Of a DNA stretch of 64,000 bases, positions 36,901-45,276 are shown piece after piece; position 1 is the first letter of the stretch; each line of letters opens with the position of its first letter. Origin of the DNA: a plasmid; sequence record CP071152.1; one strand, written 5' to 3'. Under the pieces are notes generated by a model. It was not told where the DNA came from. It did no database searches and worked only from the letters and a program-made list of their open reading frames with translations. The position numbers and the translations under genes are program-made.

Positions 36901-38177
36901 CTGAGATCGATGATGCGCTCAACGTGCAATGGTCCACCGATGGCAAGCACTGGGAAGATGGTGATCGGGAAACGGAAATGATGGTCGCACCCGACAGCAA
37001 CTATCTCTATGCCCGTGCTGAGTTCGCCAACAGTCAATCGGAGGCGGAAGCCAGCAGTTGGGTGACCACCAAGATCATGCCGAAGGTGCTGACACCGGCG
37101 CAAGTGCGGGCCAGCGTGACCGGTCCCGATAAGGTCGAGATCAACAAGCCGTTCACCCTGACAGGCTCGTACAAGAACGATTACCAGCTGGTCGAAGGCG
37201 TCAAGTATCAGGAAGAGTGGGTGCTGCCGGATGGTACCGTTCGCAGCGGGCACGATGTTGTCTACACGCCGACCGAAGATGGCAAGACCCTGCCGTTCAC
37301 CTACCGTGTCTGGCTCGACGGCTACAAGGAGACCACCGTCAAGGAAGTCGTGAAGGAGGTCGATACCTGGGCCTACTACTTCCCGACCTTCTACAGCGGC
37401 CAGCGCCAGTATTTCAAACTGGCCCCGACCACTATCGAGGTGCGCAACACCACTAAACTCCCGTCGTTCCCGGGCGTGGTGTACGACATCAAGGTTACGC
37501 ACGGGGAGGGTGTGACCGATGTGAGCTTTGACAAGGAGAAGGGCCGCTATGTCGGTACCATCAACGAGCCAGGCATTCACAGCGTCTTCATTACCCTGAG
37601 CGATAACCGGGGCAACTCAGAGACCCAAGAGCATCTGTTTGCCGTCGATGAGTCCGAACCCATGCAGGCGAAGATCACCCCGAGCTACAGCAACAAGTTC
37701 ATGCGGGCCCCGCTGTCGGTGAACATGAGCAGTAGCATCGAGCTGGATCACCCCTCTGACAACCTCAAGGAGTTCAGCTGGGTGCTCGATGGCGTGCTGG
37801 TCAAGGACACAATGCGCCGTCAGCTGTTCGCCAACCTGCCCGAAGGTGACCACACCATCGAGTTCAAGGCGCTCAGTGACTTCGGCCAGCGTGCGCTGGT
37901 GAGCCACGACTTCACCGTGCTCAAGAACAAGCCAGCCGAGTGTGACTTGCAGCAGAGCGACACGACCACTTCATGGCGCGTGAAGATGTCCTGCGTGGAC
38001 ACCGATGGCCGTATCGTGGCCTATCGCTGGAAGATCGACGGCGAGACCATCGGCAACACCAGCTATGCAATCTCGCTGACCAAGGCGTTGAACCCTGGCT
38101 CGCACGAGATTGAGGCGGTGGCTATCGACGACTCCGGTGACGAAACCAAAGATTCGACCACGCTTACCGGGCAGTGA
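33972..38177 (+). CDS. Secreted 1401-aa multidomain protein with C-terminal tandem Ig/PKD-like ~90-aa modules
   Basis: Signal peptide MKMNKTKIAVVVSAVLAQPAFAAS. Repeated W..DG....G......L..G.H.I.....D.G modules (e.g. EWQIRSGDSGAW..., QWSTDGKHW..., FSWVLDGVLV..., YRWKIDGETIG...). RBS AAGGAAGG. Confidence 0.8.
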   Translation: MKMNKTKIAVVVSAVLAQPAFAASMTVTGEINTTTPTVQVTPKGTLYEGVKESEIKLSSNNEGCRVVYKESALETLQPGVLGCYLVIDPADLPVGIEFDPGQARLIGTTAQSGQKAVPYKLFYKSGSAGTPEEVGSGVLPFLITPTLPPVITNIFGRFDEPVWDLGKEPSVHRRSTSGQLKFMVEPRPFDQRIVISDFSNCVVKEGEDNCVAVNNSMQNILGESETGNKPMLVSANSTNNYFAPVNDQVALSWDFRPPLVGANVQGNTESPLQTIETTEGVQDVPYSTIAVIVNSPHNDQTKSWWHPATLKMVLTPDPESPRKIYLSYKSRQLLSVAGTTHDNTTVAATPVGKYIVTGPQQFRYNFDMNTIKDGDFLVKMEVTDQYGNTSTSDARPIRLDRYGPQVGLYGPDLSAVADGEVVFFPERLTVASYNGYTGGVVETKATLGGVELPLSPTDTEGVFTVGKTDLSALTSGESYPLIVTAKDKADRVTTKTYQVRYAATALSLSPTPANPVQFVQRVSVKVDNTGYNCPINYTQEQAAEMAATYNKIACYAEWDLPPGMEATVSVLGNVVLEGFVDDTVGRIGYTLHAVSPEGYVMEVTKGSVDLKPTPATEPVISFQGRRKQGDDGLMIDINGGVAGSAIVNSSPGDLDLTVNIPGVGETTNSIRMRPRPTGGDSKTSAIIKVPKGDIWTVYPVEIKAKYSRTNELSATKEGKVYIVPSKNLKINMSGMDRESVDNETSTISSSIGEFDSKTKQINYRQNEHGEWNMRLMQVVTSYKDGNQSKTFVPLTDIKKTDAEGKVDLVFDPSKAEGRSITYVTEGEVISPFAQFKLKIVSAKRHLNLIKGVGVDGTPNVTEIVDQVPMKATIKVKPDSEQDKDALGEVEWQIRSGDSGAWVPAPEATGRLSYVFTTEEPGKWQVRAILHNRLTNVTNPTDITTLVAYAKPDIQLVQKKIVLKGQPIPLEVTGSHGAEIDDALNVQWSTDGKHWEDGDRETEMMVAPDSNYLYARAEFANSQSEAEASSWVTTKIMPKVLTPAQVRASVTGPDKVEINKPFTLTGSYKNDYQLVEGVKYQEEWVLPDGTVRSGHDVVYTPTEDGKTLPFTYRVWLDGYKETTVKEVVKEVDTWAYYFPTFYSGQRQYFKLAPTTIEVRNTTKLPSFPGVVYDIKVTHGEGVTDVSFDKEKGRYVGTINEPGIHSVFITLSDNRGNSETQEHLFAVDESEPMQAKITPSYSNKFMRAPLSVNMSSSIELDHPSDNLKEFSWVLDGVLVKDTMRRQLFANLPEGDHTIEFKALSDFGQRALVSHDFTVLKNKPAECDLQQSDTTTSWRVKMSCVDTDGRIVAYRWKIDGETIGNTSYAISLTKALNPGSHEIEAVAIDDSGDETKDSTTLTGQ

Positions 38178-38224
38178 TATGAGAGAATTGCGGGCCGGGG
38201 TGACCTGGCCCGTAGGAGGAATAG

Positions 38225-38512
38225 ATGGACGCAGTGCTTGATGATTGCATGGAGGTAGGCCCCGCCTATCTGCACGAACAGCCCCGCCGACATCCTCTGC
38301 TTTGCCAGTTCGATGCGGGGGTGCAAGAGTTTGAGGGAGCGTTTCGCCGCCGCTGTCGTGGGCGAACACCAGTGGGGGAACTGCTCGCTCTGGGGGCGGT
38401 GAGGCAGTGCTACTGGCTACTGTTGGCGGAAGGGGCAACAACTCAAGCAACGGAAATTGCCAACTGGTGGTATAACAACGCTGCCGTACATGGCCTCGGT
38501 CAGCATATCTGA
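38225..38512 (+). CDS. Hypothetical 95-aa protein
   Basis: ORF with a strong RBS (GTAGGAGGAATAGATG) immediately after the giant gene. Confidence 0.35.
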   Translation: MDAVLDDCMEVGPAYLHEQPRRHPLLCQFDAGVQEFEGAFRRRCRGRTPVGELLALGAVRQCYWLLLAEGATTQATEIANWWYNNAAVHGLGQHI

Positions 38513-38649
38513 TCGAGTACAGCTGGTTATCTTTGACGACTTAACCACCTGCTTTGCCCTCGGTCACCCCGAGGGCTCTTTTCAGGTGCTTTCCTACTCA
38601 CCTTCATTCCCTCGCTCGCAACGCGCAACAAACCGACCACAGGTGACAC

Positions 38650-39099
38650 ATGACCAACTCTGTCGACGCTAAAAAAGAATTTTTGGGGTATTTCCCTGTT
38701 GCCCTCTCAGATAACCTGGTTGACCCGCGTCACCCTCATTGCGAGCCCTACAATCGTTTGTTGCGCCTGGTGCAACCGCTTATTGTCGAATACAACAATT
38801 CGTTAAGCCCGATGCAGGACATAGTGGGCTTCATCCTCAAGCGCAGTCAAAAAGACTTGCCCTGTGGTCGCCTTCGCACCATCTACGGTTTTGACTTTGA
38901 TTTTGCGGGATTGAAGGTTCCTGACAGCCCGATCAGCAAACTGGTGGAAGGGATAGCCGCAGCGATAATGAGCTTCACGGTGACCAAACTGACGGTGCGC
39001 GACATCCAGGACGGTGTCGAGTTCGATCTGAGTGGGTGGCAACTAGACGCCGACTGCACCGACCCCGAAGAGCTTGAAGAGTTTGAAGAGTTTGAATAA
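38650..39099 (+). CDS. Hypothetical 149-aa protein with an acidic C-terminus (DPEELEEFEEFE)
   Basis: ORF only; no recognised motif. Confidence 0.4.
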   Translation: MTNSVDAKKEFLGYFPVALSDNLVDPRHPHCEPYNRLLRLVQPLIVEYNNSLSPMQDIVGFILKRSQKDLPCGRLRTIYGFDFDFAGLKVPDSPISKLVEGIAAAIMSFTVTKLTVRDIQDGVEFDLSGWQLDADCTDPEELEEFEEFE

Positions 39100-39301
39100 A
39101 TGTCTGGCCACACTGGTCATCGCGGGCAGAGAACGCGCTAGTCGACAGCCCTAATGCCGCTAGCGCCTTGATGGTTTCCTCCAGGGACGCGCGGGTTGCC
39201 GGACCAGAACGCAACCCCCAAAGCCAACCCCCTTGCTGTTGTCCTCAAAGGACGATGAGCCTAGTCGTCGTACTCATCCCAACGAGCGGCTTGTTCATGT
39301 G

Positions 39302-39362
39302 GGATGAAAATAAAGTGTCATCCCCGAAAATAGAGTTTCATCCTTGAAAATAAAGTCACACC
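39302..39362. repeat. Three tandem ~20-bp direct repeats (GAAAATAAAGTGTCATCC / GAAAATAGAGTTTCATCC / GAAAATAAAGTCACACCC)
   Basis: Read directly from the sequence; lies ~110 bp upstream of the recombinase pseudogene. Confidence 0.6.
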
Positions 39363-39386
39363 CTAACTTTCCGTGAACACCGCTCA

Positions 39387-39425
39387 GGGCCTGCTGGTAT
39401 GATCACCAGGAGGCCCTTTTCCTTC
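39387..39425 (+). terminator. Stem-loop GGGCCTGCTGG-tatgatca-CCAGGAGGCCC followed by TTTTCCTTCTTTCT (putative terminator/attenuator)
   Basis: 11-bp stem with one mismatch followed by a T-rich run. Confidence 0.4.
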
Positions 39426-39472
39426 TTTCTCAGTCCACCGCCGAGAACTGGCACTAAACAGAGAGAGCCCCC

Positions 39473-40151
39473 ATGTACTACCACCCCAAACCCGCCGCCA
39501 GTCATGCCGCTTCCCTTCGCCCTGGGCAACTTCGCCATGTGATCCGGGTCGCCTCGATCACTGGTCGCCAGCCCGTCCGTGATGTGATGTTGCTCTGGCT
39601 CACCCATTCAACCGGTGTGCGCGTCACCGAGCTGGCCAGCATCGAGATCCGCGACCTGCTGCACCCATCCGGCCAGATGCGCGAGGAGGTCTATCTGCGG
39701 GCCTCTATCACGAAGCACAGCAGGCCCCGCACCATCTCCCAAGACCATCGCAGCCATTGAGGCGTGGCTCGCTTACCGCTGCGCCCGTGGTTGGGGCCTC
39801 TCATCCGATCCTGAGTACCGAGGCTTTCGCCCTGATGAGCGCCTGGTGCTGACCCACAAGGGGCGAGCCTTCGAGCTGGCCCGCAAAGTTCGCGAGCTCA
39901 ACACCGGTCCCGTTGAGTACCGGTGCTGTGATGCGCTCCAGCAACTGATGAGCAGGCTATATCGGCAGGCGGGGATAAAGGGGGGATCCAGCCACTCAGG
40001 CCGCCGCACCCTGGCGGCCAAGGTGCTGGCCACGACCGGCAAGGTCGAGCTGGTGCAGCTGCTGCTCGGCCATGCCGAGGCGGATCATGTGTGGCCGTAT
40101 CTGGACGTGAGGAATGAGGAGATAAGGAGGGCGTTTGATCTGGCTCTGTGA
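39473..40151 (+). pseudogene. Small (~225 aa) FimB/FimE-sized tyrosine recombinase, frameshifted near 39720-39735
   Basis: Two overlapping frames (39473..39760 and 39615..40151). The downstream frame carries the tyrosine-recombinase catalytic box HSGRRT...LLGH...W(P)Y; the upstream frame resembles the FimB N-terminal region (R..E...L...D). Confidence 0.55.
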
Positions 40152-40280
40152 TGCTTAAATGCAGCCTTAAATTTATGACACTAATCACACAAATAACCTT
40201 GTAGGCTATAACCGGCTAGGTTATATTTATTTCAAGAGGTGAGGCAAAGGTGCCGAGCCAAAAGTAGAAAGGTGACAAAA

Positions 40281-40484
40281 ATGAGTAACGCAGCCATCGA
40301 GTTCATCAATGTAATCGGTTCAAACATGGAAGAAGTGAACAAGCCGCTTATCTCAATAAAGAATGTCTTGGAGGATGGTGAAGCGCTGGGTTATCTGGGG
40401 GTGACTGATGAAGATCAAGGGATGGTCGAGGAGGCTCACGATATTGTCAGCAACTGGATAAAAGAAGGTAAAGAGTTCCTCTAA
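40281..40484 (+). CDS. Hypothetical small protein (MSNAAIEFINVIGSNMEEV...)
   Basis: ORF with an internal start; first gene of the small-gene operon. Confidence 0.4.
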   Translation: MSNAAIEFINVIGSNMEEVNKPLISIKNVLEDGEALGYLGVTDEDQGMVEEAHDIVSNWIKEGKEFL

Positions 40485-40702
40485 TGACCCCAGAGCAAGT
40501 CAAACAGGCCCGGTTAACTCTGGGCCTTAGTCAGTCTCAAATGTGCAAGGCTTTGAGGCTCACTAGCGTCATGACCTACGCCAAGTGGGAGCAAGGGACA
40601 GCCAAGCCAACCGCATCGGCAGCCGCATCCATAGAGATGTTGCTTTATATGAGAACTGCTGGAGTGCTGGATGGTTGGATTGCCAAACATGCAAACAGTT
40701 AG
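40484..40702 (+). CDS. XRE-type HTH protein (LGLSQSQMCKALRLTSVMTYAKWEQGTAKP)
   Basis: HTH motif related to those at 12497..12835 and 9133..10932. Confidence 0.55.
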   Translation: MTPEQVKQARLTLGLSQSQMCKALRLTSVMTYAKWEQGTAKPTASAAASIEMLLYMRTAGVLDGWIAKHANS

Positions 40703-40717
40703 AGGAAAAAACAGACC

Positions 40718-40939
40718 ATGGAAATGAACTGGATCAGCGTAAAGGACGAGCTACCGAAATTGGGTGAGCCTGTGCTGTTGTGTGATTGGTCTGGGGTGGT
40801 TCAGAAGCAAACATTCTACAGGGACTACGATGATGTATCGGATTTCTGGCAGGACGTTGGCGATAACCATGACGGCGTGCCGCTAAATATCGGCGATCAC
40901 TGGATGCCGTTACCACCCCCCTCGCATATTGCTGGTTGA
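40718..40939 (+). CDS. DUF551-like phage-associated small protein
   Basis: WISVKDELP...DHWMPLP pattern typical of DUF551; preceded by the GAGGAAAAAACAGACC motif. Confidence 0.45.
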   Translation: MEMNWISVKDELPKLGEPVLLCDWSGVVQKQTFYRDYDDVSDFWQDVGDNHDGVPLNIGDHWMPLPPPSHIAG

Positions 40940-40956
40940 TAGAGGAAAAACAGACC

Positions 40957-41265
40957 ATGAGCAAGAAGGTATATCCGCTCGATATTCAGAGCGTTGGTGG
41001 CGATGAATACATCGTCATGTCTCGCGGCCATCACGATATGCACGACTTCATGAAGGCGGTGCGGGCCGAGGGCTATGAGTGGCCCCTGGGTGTCCCTGAG
41101 CATCGCTGGGCGAAGGTCACACCGGATTCAACCGGTGAATGCACCTGCCTTTACCACTTCGTTGAGGAAGGTACTCGCGGGGCGTTTCCGGTGACGTACT
41201 CATGGGAAGCATATGGGGATGATGCCTATGAGGCTAAATACCCATCTATGGCCGCAGCAAGTTAA
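40957..41265 (+). CDS. Hypothetical protein (MSKKVYPLDIQSVGGDEYIV...)
   Basis: Start chosen after the GAGGAAAAACAGACC motif. Confidence 0.45.
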   Translation: MSKKVYPLDIQSVGGDEYIVMSRGHHDMHDFMKAVRAEGYEWPLGVPEHRWAKVTPDSTGECTCLYHFVEEGTRGAFPVTYSWEAYGDDAYEAKYPSMAAAS

Positions 41266-41280
41266 GGGAAAAACGGACTC

Positions 41281-41553
41281 ATGAGTAACGAAAATCACCA
41301 GCTATTCACCACCGAGCAGATCCGCCAGCGCCTTGAGGAAGGGGGCGAATCTGCCCGCTGGTTGGCTCAGGCTGTTGTCTCCTACTACCGGCCAGCAGCA
41401 CCGGCCCCTAGCTTGTTTGCCTTCTCTACGGAGCTGGACGAAGAGGCGCAGGGAATGTTTTTCCAACTGCTGTTGATCCGCAGCAAGCCGGATTGGTCTG
41501 ATGACCAGCTCGCCGCCCTGGTGCGCGAGTGCGAACAGCACCTCACCAACTGA
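41281..41553 (+). CDS. Hypothetical 90-aa protein
   Basis: ORF preceded by AAGGGAAAAACGGACTC. Confidence 0.45.
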   Translation: MSNENHQLFTTEQIRQRLEEGGESARWLAQAVVSYYRPAAPAPSLFAFSTELDEEAQGMFFQLLLIRSKPDWSDDQLAALVRECEQHLTN

Positions 41554-41565
41554 TCGAGGAAAAGA

Positions 41566-42567
41566 GTGACAAAATCTATAGCCGCGATGCAGCCGGGTTT
41601 TTTGGATCAGCAATTGCGCACCAACATGAATGTGGAGTCCAAAAAACCAGAAAGGTGCTTGGTAGAATGCGGACGAAAATTCTCAAAGGTTTGGAATAGT
41701 ATCGAGCAAGTACGTGCCAGACGCGGTATATCTTTACCAATGTGGCCGGATTGGTGTTTTTTTCCGATGTCAGGTTGGGCCACTTTGACGCATGAACTCT
41801 TGTCATCTGAGGCTGGCGGCAAGCTTACCTTTAGCGATGCAAAAGTGCTTGCTGTTCAAGGCGGAGCAATGGGCACTTGGCGCTACAGTCAGGGTATTTA
41901 TCGCTTCGATGAATCTGTGTATAGCAGTCTGGTAAGTTCGGCACTGCAAGGTGATATTCCCTCTGAAGTGCTAACGCGGCTTCCAGAATGGGCGGTATAT
42001 ATCGAAACACCAAATTTATTACAAGGGAGGTGCGATGGATTCTGGGCGTTACTGGACTGGGGGACAGATGGTATTTCGGATAAGTTAATTATAGTTCTTA
42101 ACCTACGTGGCAATCTTGTGTCGATGCTGCTGTCCCTTGGGGGTGGGTCTATTCAGGAATCACTTGAGCGAACTTTCAAGGAATGTGGTCACGTTGACAG
42201 CGAGGAAGCTGTTGTACAAGCCAAATTTGGCGCACTAATCGCAGCACCTTGCATTTCTCTGCTGCTCTACCTCTGTCAGTCTGAGCCGGAGATTGAGGAT
42301 GAACGTGTCCCAGGTAGTTTTCCCTCAAGGGCAGCACCTCGAAAGGTTAAAGGGGGGATGCGATTATTCCCCGCCGACCGAGTACGCACATGGGTCGTCG
42401 GCAAAGAGACCGGGGAAAAGATCCGTCAAGCGTGGCAAGGTGGGGAAGGTGGCAAGGTCACACCTCACCTGCGAAGGGCCCATTGGCACGGCTTCTGGAA
42501 GGGGCCTCTCAATGGCGAGCGTACATTTAGCTACAAATGGCTGCCACCTATCCCTGTGGGTGGATAA
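41566..42567 (+). CDS. Hypothetical 333-aa protein (GTG start; C-terminal RAHWHGFWKGP motif)
   Basis: ORF preceded by GAGGAAAAGA; no recognised domain. Confidence 0.45.
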   Translation: MTKSIAAMQPGFLDQQLRTNMNVESKKPERCLVECGRKFSKVWNSIEQVRARRGISLPMWPDWCFFPMSGWATLTHELLSSEAGGKLTFSDAKVLAVQGGAMGTWRYSQGIYRFDESVYSSLVSSALQGDIPSEVLTRLPEWAVYIETPNLLQGRCDGFWALLDWGTDGISDKLIIVLNLRGNLVSMLLSLGGGSIQESLERTFKECGHVDSEEAVVQAKFGALIAAPCISLLLYLCQSEPEIEDERVPGSFPSRAAPRKVKGGMRLFPADRVRTWVVGKETGEKIRQAWQGGEGGKVTPHLRRAHWHGFWKGPLNGERTFSYKWLPPIPVGG

Positions 42568-42676
42568 GACAGGGCTTCGACTAGGAACGGAGTTTTGGCC
42601 TTGCTGTCGTGAATGCCAGAGCGCCATTGAAGATTTAGAGTGCCTTGATGGCGCATAAGTTAAGGGAAAAACGACG

Positions 42677-43228
42677 ATGACTCCACAACAACAAGCCAGC
42701 GCATGGCTTCTCAATTGCGCGATTTTGGATACGGAAACTACTGGGCTATATGACGACGCCGAGATCGTCGAGATCAGCATCATCGACGAAAATGGTGGTG
42801 TCCTGCTGGATACCCTCGTCAAGCCCCTCAAGCCGATTCCGGCAGAGGCAACCGCCATCCACGGCATCACCAATGAAATGGTGGCCACGGCCCCGACATG
42901 GGCCGCCATCCATGAGCAGGTGGCCAAGATTGTCGCCAGCAAACCGCTGGTGATTTATAACGCCGATTACGATCTGCGTTTGATGGCTCAAACCGCCGTG
43001 CAATACGGGCTCACTCCGATAGGGACAGAGGCAGGCTGCGCCATGCTGACCTATGCCGAGCACTATGACGAATGGAACGAGTACAAAGGTACGTACCGCT
43101 GGCAGAAGCTGACCAACGCCGCTGCCCAGCAAGGAGTGGTTATCGACGGCAAGGCGCACCGCGCCCTTGCTGATGTGAAGATGACGCTCGGGGTGATCAA
43201 AGCTATGGCTGGACTTAGTTCTAACTGA
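42677..43228 (+). CDS. DnaQ-like 3'-5' exonuclease (DEDDh family)
   Basis: Exo I ILDTETTGL, Exo II-like VIYNADYDLRL, Exo III HRALADV. Confidence 0.75.
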   Translation: MTPQQQASAWLLNCAILDTETTGLYDDAEIVEISIIDENGGVLLDTLVKPLKPIPAEATAIHGITNEMVATAPTWAAIHEQVAKIVASKPLVIYNADYDLRLMAQTAVQYGLTPIGTEAGCAMLTYAEHYDEWNEYKGTYRWQKLTNAAAQQGVVIDGKAHRALADVKMTLGVIKAMAGLSSN

Positions 43229-43241
43229 TCGAGGAAAAATA

Positions 43242-43604
43242 ATGCTCACTAAAAACGATATATTCCCAATGTTCGTAAATGTAAGTCTCATCATCGGAGG
43301 CGTGGTTTTGATTTGTCTGGCTGGAACGGATGAATCACTGACACAGCATGTTCAAGCATCTGTGACCTGGACAACCTCGATTTGCACCTTCATAGTCAAC
43401 TCGATCATTGCGCTCGCTACATTCAACGCATCACTGAAACTTTGGAACGGTAGCCGATACCTATGTGTAGGCGTTATTGCGTTAGGGATTGGTTTATTAA
43501 CCGCAACCCAAGTCTTCCTTTTGCCTTTTTTGGAGCAAACTTTTGGAGCCACTGGGGATTATTTTGTCGAGTATGTGAAGCTCATTTCCAATCCAGCCAA
43601 TTGA
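43242..43604 (+). CDS. Small membrane protein (~3 TM segments)
   Basis: Hydrophobic segments; lower GC than the neighbouring genes. Confidence 0.4.
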   Translation: MLTKNDIFPMFVNVSLIIGGVVLICLAGTDESLTQHVQASVTWTTSICTFIVNSIIALATFNASLKLWNGSRYLCVGVIALGIGLLTATQVFLLPFLEQTFGATGDYFVEYVKLISNPAN

Positions 43605-44158
43605 GAGTCTGAGCGACATTTTTGTAGATCTCGTAAGTGTATAATTAGGGAAGGTGCGAATAAGTCATATGGCACGAGAGCATTTACTGGTAACCCATTG
43701 ATATTAAATGACTAAAATTTTCATTTTTTGTTCTTGGGATACTTGTTCGCACTGTCCCTATCAGTTGTGGGCTGGTGGGTGAGCCACCAGTGATGGTCTG
43801 CTACATGGTTGTCCACCCGCTACATTGGCGAGCCGTATCGACAAGATCTTTGGCGAAGGTGTGTTCATGCTGGCGCATTCGTGCTTGGGTCAGCATATCG
43901 AGGACGTAGGTGAAGTTGGTCTCTGACAATTGCACCTCGCTGTCGACTCGGACCATTATGCGAGATGCACTCCCGTCCTAGCAGCTGATCGCTTTCCAAG
44001 ATCCCGTCTTGATCCGTCATGAAGAGCCGCTTTGAACTCTGGATCGAGAAATACTGCTTCATCATCTGCCATCACCTCACCCGTTACCTGGAGACCCAAT
44101 CATATCTGGATGCGCAGCGCGATACAGAGTGATCGCGCTGCTACCAGGTACCTTTTCC

Positions 44159-45217
44159 TCACAGGAACAGCTTGAGGTTATCGTCTAGCTCAACCCCAAG
44201 CTGGGTTGCCAGCATGGCGGCGGTGAGGGCCACCGCGTCCCCACTTTTAGTGATCTTGCTCAACGTAATGCACCGCCCATCCCACAAACCACTGGCCCGG
44301 GCCGTCAGCCCCTCGCGTTCCAAGCTGACAAGGTCGTGCAGCTGGGCGGGGTTGCGCAGCAGGGGGAAGACCCGACAGATGGCGAGAAAGCCGACGTTGT
44401 GGGGCAGTATCGACAACTGGCGCAGCATGGGCAGCCCGCCTGCCTCTTTGCTGAGCTCACGATAGACCTGCCAGAGTTCCCGTGTGTAGGGTGCCCATTT
44501 GTCCCAGCTCGATTCGAGCCGGTCCAGAGACAGGCTGGCCAGCTGTTTCAGGCTGACGCCCAGCAGGCCCGCCATCGCTTCCTTAAAAATTCCGGGGGTC
44601 ACCAGCTTGTCCGAAGTCTTGGAGACCGTTGCCTTCTCGCTCTCCATCACCTCAGCCGGGCAATTCATGGTGATGAAACCGCCGAGTGGGTTGGAGTGGT
44701 CGTAGATGGCGTTCAAGGACGGAGAGACCTTTGCCGCCGTGCCGTTTATGGAGGCAAACAACTGCTGCTTGTGGATCAGCTCCTCGGTACCCACAACATG
44801 TAGTGGTATGGTCTCATTCCATTCGGGATCCTGTTCGGCTCGCAGAATGCAGCTCTTGACGCGCTTTTGACCATCTACGAGGTAGATGTCGGTCAACTCC
44901 ACCTCCACCAGGTTTGGCACCCCGGCCACCGGCGTTTCACTGATCACCTTGGCCGTCGCGATAGGTGAGCCGAAGGCTCGCACGGAGCGGTCCAGGTAGC
45001 CGTTGATCCTGCGAACGTGACCCATATCAATGACCCGTTGCGCCCGCAACATGGGGTCGTTGGCATCGAGCGCGTCAGCGAAATAGGCCGAGAACATCGC
45101 ACCCAACCGCTGAGTCGGGATTGAACCGGTGTAGGTCTCAAACTGGCCGAAGGTTCCCTTAAAGGCAAAGATGCGTTGGGTCATGTGATGTCTCGTCGTG
45201 TGGTTTGATAAATACAC
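44159..45217 (-). CDS. DndB-like / DGQHR-domain protein (ParB-like nuclease superfamily)
   Basis: 352 aa; DGQKR motif in YLVDGQKRVKS, resembling the DGQHR signature of DndB regulators. Confidence 0.65.
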   Translation of the reverse strand: MYLSNHTTRHHMTQRIFAFKGTFGQFETYTGSIPTQRLGAMFSAYFADALDANDPMLRAQRVIDMGHVRRINGYLDRSVRAFGSPIATAKVISETPVAGVPNLVEVELTDIYLVDGQKRVKSCILRAEQDPEWNETIPLHVVGTEELIHKQQLFASINGTAAKVSPSLNAIYDHSNPLGGFITMNCPAEVMESEKATVSKTSDKLVTPGIFKEAMAGLLGVSLKQLASLSLDRLESSWDKWAPYTRELWQVYRELSKEAGGLPMLRQLSILPHNVGFLAICRVFPLLRNPAQLHDLVSLEREGLTARASGLWDGRCITLSKITKSGDAVALTAAMLATQLGVELDDNLKLFL

Positions 45218-45276
45218 TGGACTATTCCAAACGGATAGTCAATAATGATTTACGAAATCACGATGAGGAGCTGGTA

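Noticed and set aside
39302-39362. Tandem ~20-bp repeats considered as a possible CRISPR array
   Set aside because: Only three imperfect, directly adjacent repeats with no unique spacers and no cas genes; this is more consistent with regulator-binding repeats.
43605-44158. ~550-bp lower-GC gap with a 66-aa minus-strand ORF (43865..44065)
   Set aside because: No RBS or motif support; likely a decayed gene remnant or regulatory spacer between the phage-like operon and dndB-like gene.
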